Assembly: GCA_949293255.1 (NCBI GenBank)
Contig: CASFCL010000001.1
Coordinates: 1,082-65,081, forward strand
Direction: 5' to 3'
DNA length: 64,000 nucleotides
Source of the DNA: an uncultured bacterium
Lineage (GTDB): Bacteria; Bacillota_I; Bacilli_A; RFN20; CAG-826
This document shows positions 20,203-29,807 of the stretch, piece by piece. The position numbers and the translations under genes are program-made. The first letter of the stretch is position 1. The number at the start of each line of letters is the position of its first letter. Below the pieces are notes generated by a model. The model was not told the DNA's origin and did no database searches. It was given only the letters and a program-made list of their open reading frames with translations.

Positions 20203-21996
20203 ATGGAAAAGAAGAAACAAGCTTGGAGGGCATTTATAGTTGGACTTATCTTTGTCCTATTAACTGTAGCTGCTGCTCTATTAGTCTTCGTCGATTTAGG
20301 CGAAGCACTTCGTTTAGTCTGCATTTCAGAAAGTCGTTACTTACTTCCAGTTGATGGATTAGTTGGCGTTTTTGATATGTGGTTTTTCGGTTGGTTTGAA
20401 AATTATTCTCCAACCCACATTTTAGGCTTTAGCCTTTTTGCATTAGTTGCTGTTATCAGCATCGTAATGGTCGTTGTCATGTGTGTAAAAAGAAAGGGCA
20501 AAGTTGCAGCATATGGAATTGCTTCAATTGTCATGATGTTTGCTCTTTTATTTGCCGCAAGTATCGTTTTAGAAATTAATACAGTTTCTGGCTATTATTT
20601 CGATACATATTTAATTGATGCACTTACATTTAGTGCAGTTGGTGATGTTATCGTTGATGTATTTGATAGTGTTAAAGTTCTTGTATTTGCTGTCTTAGCT
20701 TTAGTTGCAGTTATTTGTGTTATCGCTTTAGAAATCGTTCTTATGATAGAACCAAAAGCAGTTAGAGAACCAAAAGCAGTTAAAGAAGAACCAAAACCAG
20801 TTGAACCATCAGCTGAAGTCAAAGATGAAGGAGTCGAAGAAGTTAAAGAAGAACCAAAGAGAAAGGTTATCTTAACTGTAAAAAGATTCGATATATACGC
20901 AAATTCAAATAATATTGTTGAAAAAGAAACAAATTATCCAAAAGAAAATATCGAAGTAAAAGCACTCTCAACAGAAGACATTCGTGCAGTTTTACGCGAT
21001 GAACTTGAAAGAAGAGAATTAGCATCTCGTGCTTTAGATCCATATAGATATGAAGAAAGAAGATGCGAACAAAAACGTGTTAATAATGAACCAGATTGCT
21101 GCTGTGTTGATGCTAAAAAAGAAGAAGAGGTAAAAGAAGTACCAACACCAGTTATCGTTACAATTCCTACTCCAATTAAAAAAGAAGAAGAAAAGCCTGT
21201 CGAAAAAGAAAAGAAAGGTTTAACAAAAGAAGATGTTCAAAACATCATTAAAGAAGAATTAGCTGCTGCTTTAGAAGAATTCAAAAAAGAAGCTAAACCA
21301 GCTCCTAAAAAAGAACCAAGAACAATCGTTGTTAGAGTTCCTAGACAAGTAGTCACTCAAACAGTTGTCCAAAAAGAAGTTGTAAAAGAAGAAGCTAAAG
21401 CTGAACCAGCTCCAGCTCCTGTTGCTGAGCCAGTTAAAGAAGAAAAACCAGCTTCAGCTCCAAAAGCTGAACCTGTTAAAGAAGAAGTTAAAGCTGAACC
21501 AACACCAGCACCAGTCGCTAGTGAAGAAGCTCCAGCTGAAGAAGGTGTAGCAAAAGTTGAAAGAGTTCCATTCTCAACCAGAATGAAAGAAGCTGCTCCA
21601 GAACTTAGAGAACATTACAACAACTTAAAATCATTATTAAAATCCTATGGATTAAATAACAGAGTTGCTAATGGTGGTGATACATTTAGACTTCACCGTG
21701 TAACATACTGTAAGATCACAATTGCAGGAAAAGCATTAAAACTCTACCTTGCGTTAGATCCAAATGATTATAAAGACACCACATTACCTATCAAAGATAG
21801 TAGTGGTAAAGCAGTTTATAAAGATATTCCACTCGTATTCAAAGTTAAGAGTGATTTATCCTATCGTAGAGCTGAACAATTAATTACTGACTGTATGGAA
21901 AAACATGGACTTGAACAAATCGATCAAGTCAAAGTCGAAGATTGGGCAAGCAGACTCGATGAAGAAATGGCTGCCGGTGATGATAGTGAAGATTAA
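20203..21996 (+). CDS. multi-pass membrane protein with E/K/P/V/A-rich disordered linker and conserved C-terminal domain (paralog 1)
   Basis: AAGGGGG RBS. About 4 N-terminal TM helices. Residues ~185-455 are low-complexity (PKAVREPKAVKEEPKPVEP..AEPAPAPVAEPVKEE). C-terminal ~140 aa are clearly homologous to the C-terminus of the next gene. Confidence 0.7.
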   Translation: MEKKKQAWRAFIVGLIFVLLTVAAALLVFVDLGEALRLVCISESRYLLPVDGLVGVFDMWFFGWFENYSPTHILGFSLFALVAVISIVMVVVMCVKRKGKVAAYGIASIVMMFALLFAASIVLEINTVSGYYFDTYLIDALTFSAVGDVIVDVFDSVKVLVFAVLALVAVICVIALEIVLMIEPKAVREPKAVKEEPKPVEPSAEVKDEGVEEVKEEPKRKVILTVKRFDIYANSNNIVEKETNYPKENIEVKALSTEDIRAVLRDELERRELASRALDPYRYEERRCEQKRVNNEPDCCCVDAKKEEEVKEVPTPVIVTIPTPIKKEEEKPVEKEKKGLTKEDVQNIIKEELAAALEEFKKEAKPAPKKEPRTIVVRVPRQVVTQTVVQKEVVKEEAKAEPAPAPVAEPVKEEKPASAPKAEPVKEEVKAEPTPAPVASEEAPAEEGVAKVERVPFSTRMKEAAPELREHYNNLKSLLKSYGLNNRVANGGDTFRLHRVTYCKITIAGKALKLYLALDPNDYKDTTLPIKDSSGKAVYKDIPLVFKVKSDLSYRRAEQLITDCMEKHGLEQIDQVKVEDWASRLDEEMAAGDDSED

Positions 21997-22013
21997 TCAC
22001 GGAGGTACTATTT

Positions 22014-24176
22014 ATGGAACAAACTAGAAGATTTAGAAAAGGTTTCATGGCAAAATGGTACATCATTGGTATTGTTTCCATTCTTGTCTGTTTATTCGTT
22101 TTATCCGTTACATTTATTGGTAGTGTCGCAGGATTAATTCCTGGACTTGGTGATTATAGTGCATCAATTCCTGGTGCCTATCCATTTGCAGGTGTTACTG
22201 AAGCAGTAAAGACTACACTTAAATCAATCCCATCATATTTCAGGGGTATTGAAAATGTTACCAATTGGGTTCCATTTGCAGCTCAAATGGGTGCATGGGT
22301 TATAGCATTCTTCGTTGTTGTTTATTTCTTTGCACATGTCATTACCTTTATTGCAAAAAGAAAATGGTCATATTTCATTCATAGTATTCTTGCTTTATGT
22401 ATGGTTTCTGGCCTTGTTGGAATTTATTTCTCATCATCTTATGTTTTAAGTGGTTATCAAACCAGTGAAGTTATCACTAATGGTGGTAATGTTACATATT
22501 TATATGTTAGAAGTCTTTTCTTAACAGGATTTGAAGGAACCATCGATTGGACAAGTACAAATGTTTGGATGTGTGTAATTTATTGGGCATTAGCAGTTAT
22601 CTTTGTAGTTGCTTTAATCCTTGCTGTTGTTTCCGTCTTTGCAGTTTCATCATATCCATGCAACTTTGCTAGAAAATATGTTAAAGGCAAAGCAAAAGAA
22701 GCAAAAGATAAGAAAGCCGAAGAAGAAGGTAGATATGGATATGGTCCAGAAGGTATGCAAGCCATTCCAGCAAATGGACAAGGTGTCTATGTTAATACCG
22801 GAAATGCAACTCCTTACGTTGTTCAATATTTCTATGGAAATCAACCAGCTGCTCCTGCAGCCGCTCCAGCAGAACCAGTTAAAGAAGCTGAAAAAGCTCC
22901 TGTAGCTGAAGCAAAACCTGGTTTAACAAAAGAAGACTTAAAAGAAGTTTTAAGTGAATTAATGGCAAAAAAAGAAGAAGATGAAAAAGCCAAAGCAGCT
23001 GCTTTAGCAGTCGCAGCACCTATTGCTGTTCCTGCACCAGCACCAGCACCAGCTCCAGTTGTTGAAGAAAAAGTTGATCCAGTCGAAGTTGCTCTTGAAG
23101 AAATTGAAAAACATTTCGATTTAGTCGATTATGAAGATGTAAAAACTTTCATTGCAGGTGAAGTTGATAAAGCCGCTCAAGAAGCTATTAGACAACTTGA
23201 AAAGCAAAGAGAAGAATTAGAAAAAGCAAAAGCTGCTGAAACAAAAGAAGAAGCAACAGTTGCTTATAAAGAAGAAAAACCAGTAGTCCAAGAAGAAAAA
23301 CCAGCACCAGTTGAAGAAGCTGTTAAAGTAGTTACTCCAATTGTTGTTGCTGTTCCTAGCGACTATCCTAGAGAAGCAAAAGCTCCAGTTGAAGAAGTTG
23401 AAGAAGTTAATGAAGAAGATATTAGATCATTAATTAAAGATGAAATTAGAAGTGCTTTTACTTCATTAAAAGAAGAAGCTCCTGAAGAAGAATGTGGAGA
23501 AGAAGCCGATGATATTCATATTGAATATGTTTATGAAGATGAATATGTTGAAGCTGCTCCAGTTGTAGAAGAAGTAGTTAAAGAAGAACCAGCTCCAGTT
23601 GCTGAACCTGTTAAAGAAGAAGCACCTGTAGTTGAAGAAAAACCTGTTGAAGTTGCTCCAGTTGTAGAAGAAGTTAAACCTTCTCCAGCTCCAAAAAGAG
23701 TTATTCCTCAAAAAGAAGTTAGAGGAAAAGAAGAAGCAATTGAAAAAGGTGAAATCGTTAAATTAGCATTCGATGAAAGAATGGTCAATGCTGAAGATGA
23801 TATTAAAGCTGCTTATCAATCATTAAAATCATTATTATTATCTTATGGATTAAATAGCCGTGTATCATCAACTGGCGATACATTTAGATTATCCAAAAAG
23901 ACATACTGCAAAGTTACATGCAGTGGTCAAGCATTAAAGATTTATCTTGCCTTAGATCCAAAATCATATGCAAATAGTGCAATTCCTGTAAATGATTCAT
24001 CTACAAAAGAAGCCTATAAGCAAATTCCATTAGGATTTAGAGTCAAATCGGATTTATCTTTAAGAAGAGCGAGAGATTTAATCATCGATTGCATGAACCA
24101 AAACGATCTTGTTCCAAATAAAGAATTTGTCGAAGAAGATTACGTTAAAGCTTTAAAAGACAATTTAAAGAAATAG
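22014..24176 (+). CDS. multi-pass membrane protein with E/K/P/V/A-rich disordered linker and conserved C-terminal domain (paralog 2)
   Basis: GGAGG RBS. About 5 N-terminal TM helices. Long acidic/Pro-Ala-rich linker. C-terminus (QSLKSLLLSYGLNSRVSSTGDTFRLSKKTYCKVTCSGQALKIYLALDPK..FRVKSDLSLRRARDLIIDCM) aligns with the paralog-1 C-terminus (NNLKSLLKSYGLNNRVANGGDTFRLHRVTYCKITIAGKALKLYLALDPN..FKVKSDLSYRRAEQLITDCM). Confidence 0.7.
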   Translation: MEQTRRFRKGFMAKWYIIGIVSILVCLFVLSVTFIGSVAGLIPGLGDYSASIPGAYPFAGVTEAVKTTLKSIPSYFRGIENVTNWVPFAAQMGAWVIAFFVVVYFFAHVITFIAKRKWSYFIHSILALCMVSGLVGIYFSSSYVLSGYQTSEVITNGGNVTYLYVRSLFLTGFEGTIDWTSTNVWMCVIYWALAVIFVVALILAVVSVFAVSSYPCNFARKYVKGKAKEAKDKKAEEEGRYGYGPEGMQAIPANGQGVYVNTGNATPYVVQYFYGNQPAAPAAAPAEPVKEAEKAPVAEAKPGLTKEDLKEVLSELMAKKEEDEKAKAAALAVAAPIAVPAPAPAPAPVVEEKVDPVEVALEEIEKHFDLVDYEDVKTFIAGEVDKAAQEAIRQLEKQREELEKAKAAETKEEATVAYKEEKPVVQEEKPAPVEEAVKVVTPIVVAVPSDYPREAKAPVEEVEEVNEEDIRSLIKDEIRSAFTSLKEEAPEEECGEEADDIHIEYVYEDEYVEAAPVVEEVVKEEPAPVAEPVKEEAPVVEEKPVEVAPVVEEVKPSPAPKRVIPQKEVRGKEEAIEKGEIVKLAFDERMVNAEDDIKAAYQSLKSLLLSYGLNSRVSSTGDTFRLSKKTYCKVTCSGQALKIYLALDPKSYANSAIPVNDSSTKEAYKQIPLGFRVKSDLSLRRARDLIIDCMNQNDLVPNKEFVEEDYVKALKDNLKK

Positions 24177-24202
24177 TCTCTCCTTAAGATCTATTTTAAA
24201 AA

Positions 24203-24235
24203 AGGCCTAGAAACATAATATCTCTAGGCCTTTTA
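24203..24235 (+). terminator. rho-independent terminator after the paralog pair
   Basis: 9-bp stem aggcctaga/tctaggcct with an 11-nt loop, followed by TTTT. Confidence 0.65.
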
Positions 24236-24341
24236 GTTATTTATTAGTATGTATAAATAATGTATAAATTTTTAAAATTTTTATTAAAAAGTTCACAACA
24301 AAAATATAAAATAATAAGGACTTTTAGAAAGGGTTATTTTT

Positions 24342-24917
24342 ATGGGACATGATGATAATACATACGGAACAATCGAAGTTATTGCCGGACCAATGTTTGC
24401 TGGAAAAAGCGAAGAATTACTTCGTAGAATCATTCGACTTGTTTATGCAAAAAAGATTTTTTTAGTTTTTAAACCTTCAATTGATAATCGTTATAGTGAT
24501 GTTGAAATTGTTTCACATCAAAAAAGAAAATATAAAGCTATTCCTTTATCAAAAAGTGATGAAATTTTAAAATTTATCAACGATAAAGTACAAGTAGTCT
24601 GCATTGATGAAGTTCAATTTTTTGACGATGGAATCGTCAATATTTGTGATTATTTAGCCAAAAAAGGAATTAGGGTAATTGTTGCTGGTTTAGATTGTGA
24701 TTTTAAAGGAGATCCATTTCCAGTAGTTGCAAATTTACTTGCTAAAGCTGAATATGTTACAAAATTAACTGCCATTTGCCAAGTTTGTGGAAAAGAAGCA
24801 ACGATGACTCAAAGACTTATAAACGGTGAACCTGCAAGTAAAAGTGATCCAGTTGTTTTAGTTGGAGCAAGTGAATCATATGAGGCAAGATGTAGACATT
24901 GCCACGAAGTTAAATAA
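24342..24917 (+). CDS. tdk: thymidine kinase
   Basis: P-loop [14 protein letters not shown] and C-terminal zinc ribbon [13 protein letters not shown]. Confidence 0.9.
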   Translation: MGHDDNTYGTIEVIAGPMFAGKSEELLRRIIRLVYAKKIFLVFKPSIDNRYSDVEIVSHQKRKYKAIPLSKSDEILKFINDKVQVVCIDEVQFFDDGIVNICDYLAKKGIRVIVAGLDCDFKGDPFPVVANLLAKAEYVTKLTAICQVCGKEATMTQRLINGEPASKSDPVVLVGASESYEARCRHCHEVK

Positions 24918-24925
24918 TAAGATTA

Positions 24926-25462
24926 TTACTTATTAATTATATTTATATATAAGTTATCAATATAGGAAGCTAACTCATCAAGTGTGTACTTCGTTGAATC
25001 TAAAACGTAAGTACACATTTTTTTAACTTCATCAGAGAAAATTTTATCATCATTAGATAATCTTTTAATGATATCTTCTTTTTTATCGCCTCTTGAAATC
25101 ATTCTCTCTTTCCTTATTTCACTTGAGGAGTCTAAAAAGAAAGAAATTATTGAAGGATCATTTAAATTTATAAAATGTTTTAAACCAGTTGGTTCAATGA
25201 TTAAAACAGTGTTATTACTAATTAATCTTTTTTCTGTTCCATAGAAGTTACCATTATATTGAACATATTCAATAAATTCATTATTATTTATTTTATTTAA
25301 AAAATCTTCATTAGAAACAAAGTTATAATCTACCTTATCAATTTCGTGAACTCTAATTTGACGAGTGGTAGTGGTTACAAACTTTTTATAACCATAATTT
25401 TGACATAATTTTTTAGCAACTTCAGTTTTTCCGCTGGCGCTAGGACCTATTAAAATAATCAT
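24926..25462 (-). CDS. gmk: guanylate kinase
   Basis: GPSASGKT P-loop and TTTRQIRVHEIDKVDYNFVSNEDFLNKINNNEFIEYVQYNGNFYGT match the GMP-kinase core. Likely start is the ATG at 25462 (MIILIGPSASGKT); the track start is an upstream TTG. Confidence 0.7.
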   Translation of the reverse strand: MIILIGPSASGKTEVAKKLCQNYGYKKFVTTTTRQIRVHEIDKVDYNFVSNEDFLNKINNNEFIEYVQYNGNFYGTEKRLISNNTVLIIEPTGLKHFINLNDPSIISFFLDSSSEIRKERMISRGDKKEDIIKRLSNDDKIFSDEVKKMCTYVLDSTKYTLDELASYIDNLYINIINK

Positions 25463-25555
25463 AAAAATATAATAAATCAAAAAAAATTAAAAAAATATAA
25501 AAAAGTTTGGTAAATTTTTGAAATTGCGACAATCTTGTTAGTAAAGGAGGAAAAA

Positions 25556-26635
25556 ATGAACTTTAAAATTTTAACTTTAATTTCTTTACTAACTATACCA
25601 TCTCTTGTTAATTCAAATGTCCCCACCCCTAAATCTGCATACAACTTTGAATTTATAACAAATGATACAAATTATGGTGGTCCTGATTTTTTAGATATTA
25701 GCGATTTTACTTTCAATAAAGATTCTTTTACAAATTATGGATTCGAATTGAAAATGGGTCTTCAAAGTCGATTTGTATATGGAACTATTTATTGTGATGT
25801 AGAAGTCGATAATGGATTAAACGAACATTATGATAAGAATACTACGCCATCTTTAGGTTTCTCAATTAATGCTAGAGATATAGTGCCGTTTCCAAAAGAA
25901 TATAGATTCTTAATTAATGGTACAATTTTTAAAGGACTAACCACATTTAAAGTAAATTTTGCTTTTAATTCAATGACTTCCTCCTTTTCATTTCATTTAA
26001 ATTCATATTACGATACAAGAATTCTTTTAGAAGAACCAGAAGGAAGAATTTATTATGAAGTTACCTATCAAAATTCAACAATTACTGAAAAATATGAGAC
26101 AATTTCAATTTTAGGAATCGATAAAGAGATGCATTTTGATCTTTATCGAAATGTTCCATTTTATGATTATATTTTCAATTACAGACTTTATGATAGTTCA
26201 AAATTTACGAATCGAATATTTTATTATGTTTATGATAAAGATAAATTATTGAGCAAAATTTTAAATTTATCACCAACTGAAGCTGATAATCATCGCGGCT
26301 TGGTTTTAGAAAAATTTAATGAAACTGATTCATCTTTTCAAGTTAGAACAGCAACTCAATTTTATTTAAATCCAAAAGATTATACGTTATCAAAATATTA
26401 TAAAGATGATCATCGACATAAAGTTAGAACAATGTATTTTCCTAAAGAATATTACGATGTTTTTTATGATACAACACACTATTTTGAGTTCGAAAAGTTC
26501 GGAAATTATCGAAAAAATGTCTACTTTAAATTTAGAATCCATATGGAGAAAGTATTTATTGAAAATTGTTTTGAAGTAATTGGAGAAAATAAGAAAGTAG
26601 GAGACGAAATTAGCTCAGAGGAGGTAATTTTATGA
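25556..26635 (+). CDS. secreted protein of unknown function (signal peptide; N/Y/F-rich)
   Basis: AAAGGAGG RBS 7 nt before the ATG at 25556. N-terminus MNFKILTLISLLTIPSLVNSNVP is a Sec signal peptide. No recognisable domain. Confidence 0.55.
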   Translation: MNFKILTLISLLTIPSLVNSNVPTPKSAYNFEFITNDTNYGGPDFLDISDFTFNKDSFTNYGFELKMGLQSRFVYGTIYCDVEVDNGLNEHYDKNTTPSLGFSINARDIVPFPKEYRFLINGTIFKGLTTFKVNFAFNSMTSSFSFHLNSYYDTRILLEEPEGRIYYEVTYQNSTITEKYETISILGIDKEMHFDLYRNVPFYDYIFNYRLYDSSKFTNRIFYYVYDKDKLLSKILNLSPTEADNHRGLVLEKFNETDSSFQVRTATQFYLNPKDYTLSKYYKDDHRHKVRTMYFPKEYYDVFYDTTHYFEFEKFGNYRKNVYFKFRIHMEKVFIENCFEVIGENKKVGDEISSEEVIL

Positions 26636-27039
26636 ACGTAGGAGTGGTACTTTTTTCATCAGGATTCATGATTTCTTTTTTAACTTTCTTTACGATTTCA
26701 ATTAAAGGAATGGGAGTTAATAGAATCATCAATAATATACCGTTAAGTGTTATAGAAAATTCAGTAATTTTTAATGGTGAAAATGATAATTTAAATGGTT
26801 ACTTTGATAAAGAAGTATTGGAATCAAATACAAAAAATTATTTAAATACTGCCTTAAAAGATAAGGTTCCAAGGTACAAAATTAGTTTTTTATATTTTTA
26901 CACGGATGAAGAAAATCAAATAAAGTTAGATCTGACAGATTACCCTGAAAGTGTACAAATTCATGTTTCAACTTGTTATTTTCAAAGTTATGAATGTCAA
27001 AGTTATTTAACGTTTTATATAGGAGAATTATTGGTATGA
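26632..27039 (+). CDS. small membrane-anchored protein (N-terminal TM), unknown function
   Basis: ATGA overlap with the upstream gene; single N-terminal hydrophobic helix; 135 aa. Confidence 0.45.
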   Translation: MNVGVVLFSSGFMISFLTFFTISIKGMGVNRIINNIPLSVIENSVIFNGENDNLNGYFDKEVLESNTKNYLNTALKDKVPRYKISFLYFYTDEENQIKLDLTDYPESVQIHVSTCYFQSYECQSYLTFYIGELLV

Positions 27040-28088
27040 ACGAAAATATTGTAGAATTTGTAGAATCATCATTTTTAAAACCGCTTTTAGAAATACCAAA
27101 TATAACAGATGTTTCATATAACGGAAGCGATATTTACTATGTAACAAATGATTACGGTAGGCAAAAATATCCTCAAAAAATAGAAGAAAAAATCATTTAT
27201 GATTTTTTAAGACAAATAGTGAATTTAACTGATAGTCAGTTTTCATTTTCTAAACCAATTTTAGATGTAAGTATTGGTCGATATCGTTTTAATGCGACTC
27301 ATTTTGCTATGACAAGAAAATTTAGAGAAAAAGCTATAAATTTCTCATTAAGAATTGGCTATGATGGGGTAAGAATTCATGAAGATGATGGATTTATTAA
27401 TAAAAAATGTCTTAAATTAGTCGATTTATTTATAAATAATAAGTTATCAATTGTTATTGGAGGAAAAACTGGATGTGGTAAGACTGAATTCCAAAAGTTT
27501 TTGATTTCAAGATTGAAAGATAATAGTAGAGTCATTGTAATTGATAATTTAAATGAAATTGAAAATGATGAATTTAAACCTAATTTAGATATTCAAACAT
27601 GGGTTGTAAATGAAATGCATGAAGGTTTTACTTTCGATAATTTCATTAAAAATGCTTTAAGATCTCATCCAGATTGGATTGTTTTATCAGAATCTAGAGG
27701 AAAAGAAATGTTAAGTATTTTAAATAGTGCAATGTCAGGGCATCCAACAATTACAACATTGCATACTAAAGACTGTAAATCAATTTATTCTAGAATGGCT
27801 AGAATGTGTTTACAAAGTGGTGATAATTTAAAGTATAAAGAAGTTTTAGAAGATATTTTTGAACATTTTAAATTAGCTATTTATGTAGCAAGAAGTGAAG
27901 ATGTAGAAACTGGTAAAATAACCCGTTACATCGAATCAATTTCAACTAATTATAAGGGTGTAATTACACTAATTTATACCTATCCAAATAAATATAAAAG
28001 GTTACCAAAACAATTTTTAGATATTTTAAATTTAACGTCAACTGAAAAATCTTTATTTAATCAGGAGTGGGTAAATGAAGAAAAATAA
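27036..28088 (+). CDS. TadA/CpaF/VirB11-family secretion ATPase
   Basis: Walker A IVIGGKTGCGKTEF, Asp box VIVIDNLNEIE, ESRGKEM (GE.RG.E box) and His box GHPTITTLHT. ATG at 27036 overlaps the upstream stop (ATGA) and is preceded by AGGAGA. Confidence 0.75.
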   Translation: MNENIVEFVESSFLKPLLEIPNITDVSYNGSDIYYVTNDYGRQKYPQKIEEKIIYDFLRQIVNLTDSQFSFSKPILDVSIGRYRFNATHFAMTRKFREKAINFSLRIGYDGVRIHEDDGFINKKCLKLVDLFINNKLSIVIGGKTGCGKTEFQKFLISRLKDNSRVIVIDNLNEIENDEFKPNLDIQTWVVNEMHEGFTFDNFIKNALRSHPDWIVLSESRGKEMLSILNSAMSGHPTITTLHTKDCKSIYSRMARMCLQSGDNLKYKEVLEDIFEHFKLAIYVARSEDVETGKITRYIESISTNYKGVITLIYTYPNKYKRLPKQFLDILNLTSTEKSLFNQEWVNEEK

Positions 28089-28863
28089 CGTCAGTTTAAT
28101 CATATATTTCATTATTAGTTTAGTTATATCGGTTTTATTTTGGTATGTAACAAACGATTTAATCTTAGCTCTAGTACTTTTTGTTATAGCAATTGCTGTT
28201 CATATGTTTATTTTTAAAAAGGAAAAAGAGTCTAGTTTAGTGATTTCTAGAGCAAAAGAAGCAATAACATTTATCAATAATTTTATTATCACTTTAAGTA
28301 TTAAAAAGAATGTTTTATCTACTTTTAAAAGTGTCAGTGAATCTTTTTCTGATACCTTAAAACAACAAGTAGAGCTAATTGATCACCTTAATGTTGATGA
28401 AAAAATTGTTTATTTAGCGAAATATTTTAAAGTTGATATCTATAAAGTATTCTTAAAAATTATCGACCAATATAATTTCAATGGTGGAGATATTTTAAAT
28501 ATTTCGCAATTATTAATGTATGATAGTCGAAAAATTGATGAATCAATCAATGAATATACATATGTAAGTAGAAGAAAACTGATTGAATTTATTTCATTAT
28601 GGGCATTAACGTTTTCTGTTTTAATCATATTAAAAGTGGCTCTTGGTGATTTTTTCGACCAAATTGTTAGTATGGATTTTTTTGCAATTTCAATCTTTGG
28701 TTTCAATTTAGTGTTCTTATTATCTTATTACTTATTTATGGCTAAATTTTTCAATATTAATTATATAAAAGGAGAATTTAAAGATGACGAAAAAGCTCAA
28801 AAACTTAATAAACGAAGTTGGCTTAAGTTACAAAAACGAGATCTCAAAACTAATTGCGATTAA
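28075..28863 (+). CDS. TadB/TadC-like platform membrane protein (single T2SS-F-like domain)
   Basis: N-terminal TM pair, about 130-aa cytoplasmic helical domain, then C-terminal TM helices. This is the half-size GspF architecture typical of TadB/TadC. Start overlaps the ATPase stop. Confidence 0.5.
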   Translation: MKKNNVSLIIYFIISLVISVLFWYVTNDLILALVLFVIAIAVHMFIFKKEKESSLVISRAKEAITFINNFIITLSIKKNVLSTFKSVSESFSDTLKQQVELIDHLNVDEKIVYLAKYFKVDIYKVFLKIIDQYNFNGGDILNISQLLMYDSRKIDESINEYTYVSRRKLIEFISLWALTFSVLIILKVALGDFFDQIVSMDFFAISIFGFNLVFLLSYYLFMAKFFNINYIKGEFKDDEKAQKLNKRSWLKLQKRDLKTNCD

Positions 28864-29458
28864 TTTATTATTCCTTTTAGCAATCGCTAGTATAGTCTTA
28901 TTCTTTTACAATTTATTACTTGTAATTGTTATTGTCTTTTTAGCAGTAGTTTTTGATTATCGGTATTTTTATCGATATTCACAAATGAAAGAGAAGATTA
29001 GAGAGAAACAAATTGACGAATTTATCGAGATATTTTCATATTTTAGAATTTATGTAAGTAATAACGAAAATGTATATACAGCTTTAAAAAATATATTACA
29101 GTTTGCATCTTATAATACAAAAGAAAGATTACAAACTTTGATCAACGAAATTGATGAAGATAAAAGCTTAGCCCCATTTGTTAAATTTTCAGATTATTAT
29201 AAAAATAAAACAATAGAAGAAGTAATGGTTTCTTTATATGAGATGATTTGTGAAGGAAATGAGTTAATCTACCTAAATCAATTTATTAGAGTATTTGAGG
29301 AATTTAAAACTCAAAGAAATAATGATAGTAAAACTAAACGATATAAGGTTTTTGATTATCTAACTTTGTTTAGTTTAGGAGGTAGCGGAATATTAATGAT
29401 AATTCTTGTTTTTGGAATTATTAATTTATTAGGAGATATGAATTTTAATGGGTTCTAA
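28784..29458 (+). CDS. second TadB/TadC-like platform membrane protein
   Basis: Same TM, helical domain, TM layout (224 aa). Its ORF overlaps the previous one by 80 nt in another frame. Confidence 0.45.
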   Translation: MTKKLKNLINEVGLSYKNEISKLIAINLLFLLAIASIVLFFYNLLLVIVIVFLAVVFDYRYFYRYSQMKEKIREKQIDEFIEIFSYFRIYVSNNENVYTALKNILQFASYNTKERLQTLINEIDEDKSLAPFVKFSDYYKNKTIEEVMVSLYEMICEGNELIYLNQFIRVFEEFKTQRNNDSKTKRYKVFDYLTLFSLGGSGILMIILVFGIINLLGDMNFNGF

Positions 29459-29792
29459 AATTGGATTAATTTTATCAGTATTTTTCTTATTTATCGTATT
29501 TTTATTTGGAGCAGATTTAATTTGTATTCAACTTAATTATGCTTCGATGGATTCAATGACAACATTAATCAGTTATAACATTTCAAAAAATGGAAAAATT
29601 ACTGATTCGTTGAAGACCTATGTAAAAAATAATATTGGTGCAGATCTTTATAGCGCAAGCTCTGAAGACAAAATATATCAAACTGGCGATTCTTTTGAAT
29701 ACTACCTAAAAAAGAATTACGAGCCATTAGTTATAAGTGAGTCTATGGAACTTACAATAAAAAGATATGCAGTAATAAAAATTTATAATTAA
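29448..29792 (+). CDS. small N-terminal-TM protein (possible TadE-like pseudopilin)
   Basis: 114 aa; hydrophobic N-terminus MGSKIGLILSVFFLFIVFLFG then a soluble domain. Overlaps the upstream gene by 11 nt. Confidence 0.35.
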   Translation: MGSKIGLILSVFFLFIVFLFGADLICIQLNYASMDSMTTLISYNISKNGKITDSLKTYVKNNIGADLYSASSEDKIYQTGDSFEYYLKKNYEPLVISESMELTIKRYAVIKIYN

Positions 29793-29807
29793 AGGAGGAT
29801 TTAAAAA

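Noticed and set aside
20595-23711. Minus- and plus-strand ORFs inside the two paralogous membrane-protein genes (20595..20822-, 22580..22765-, 22621..22905+, 22650..22844-, 23466..23711-)
   Set aside because: They are antisense or alternate-frame readings of the repetitive E/K/P-coding DNA (giving F/N-rich nonsense such as FFFNRFSNWSWFFFNYFFYNW). This is a frame artefact of low-complexity sequence.
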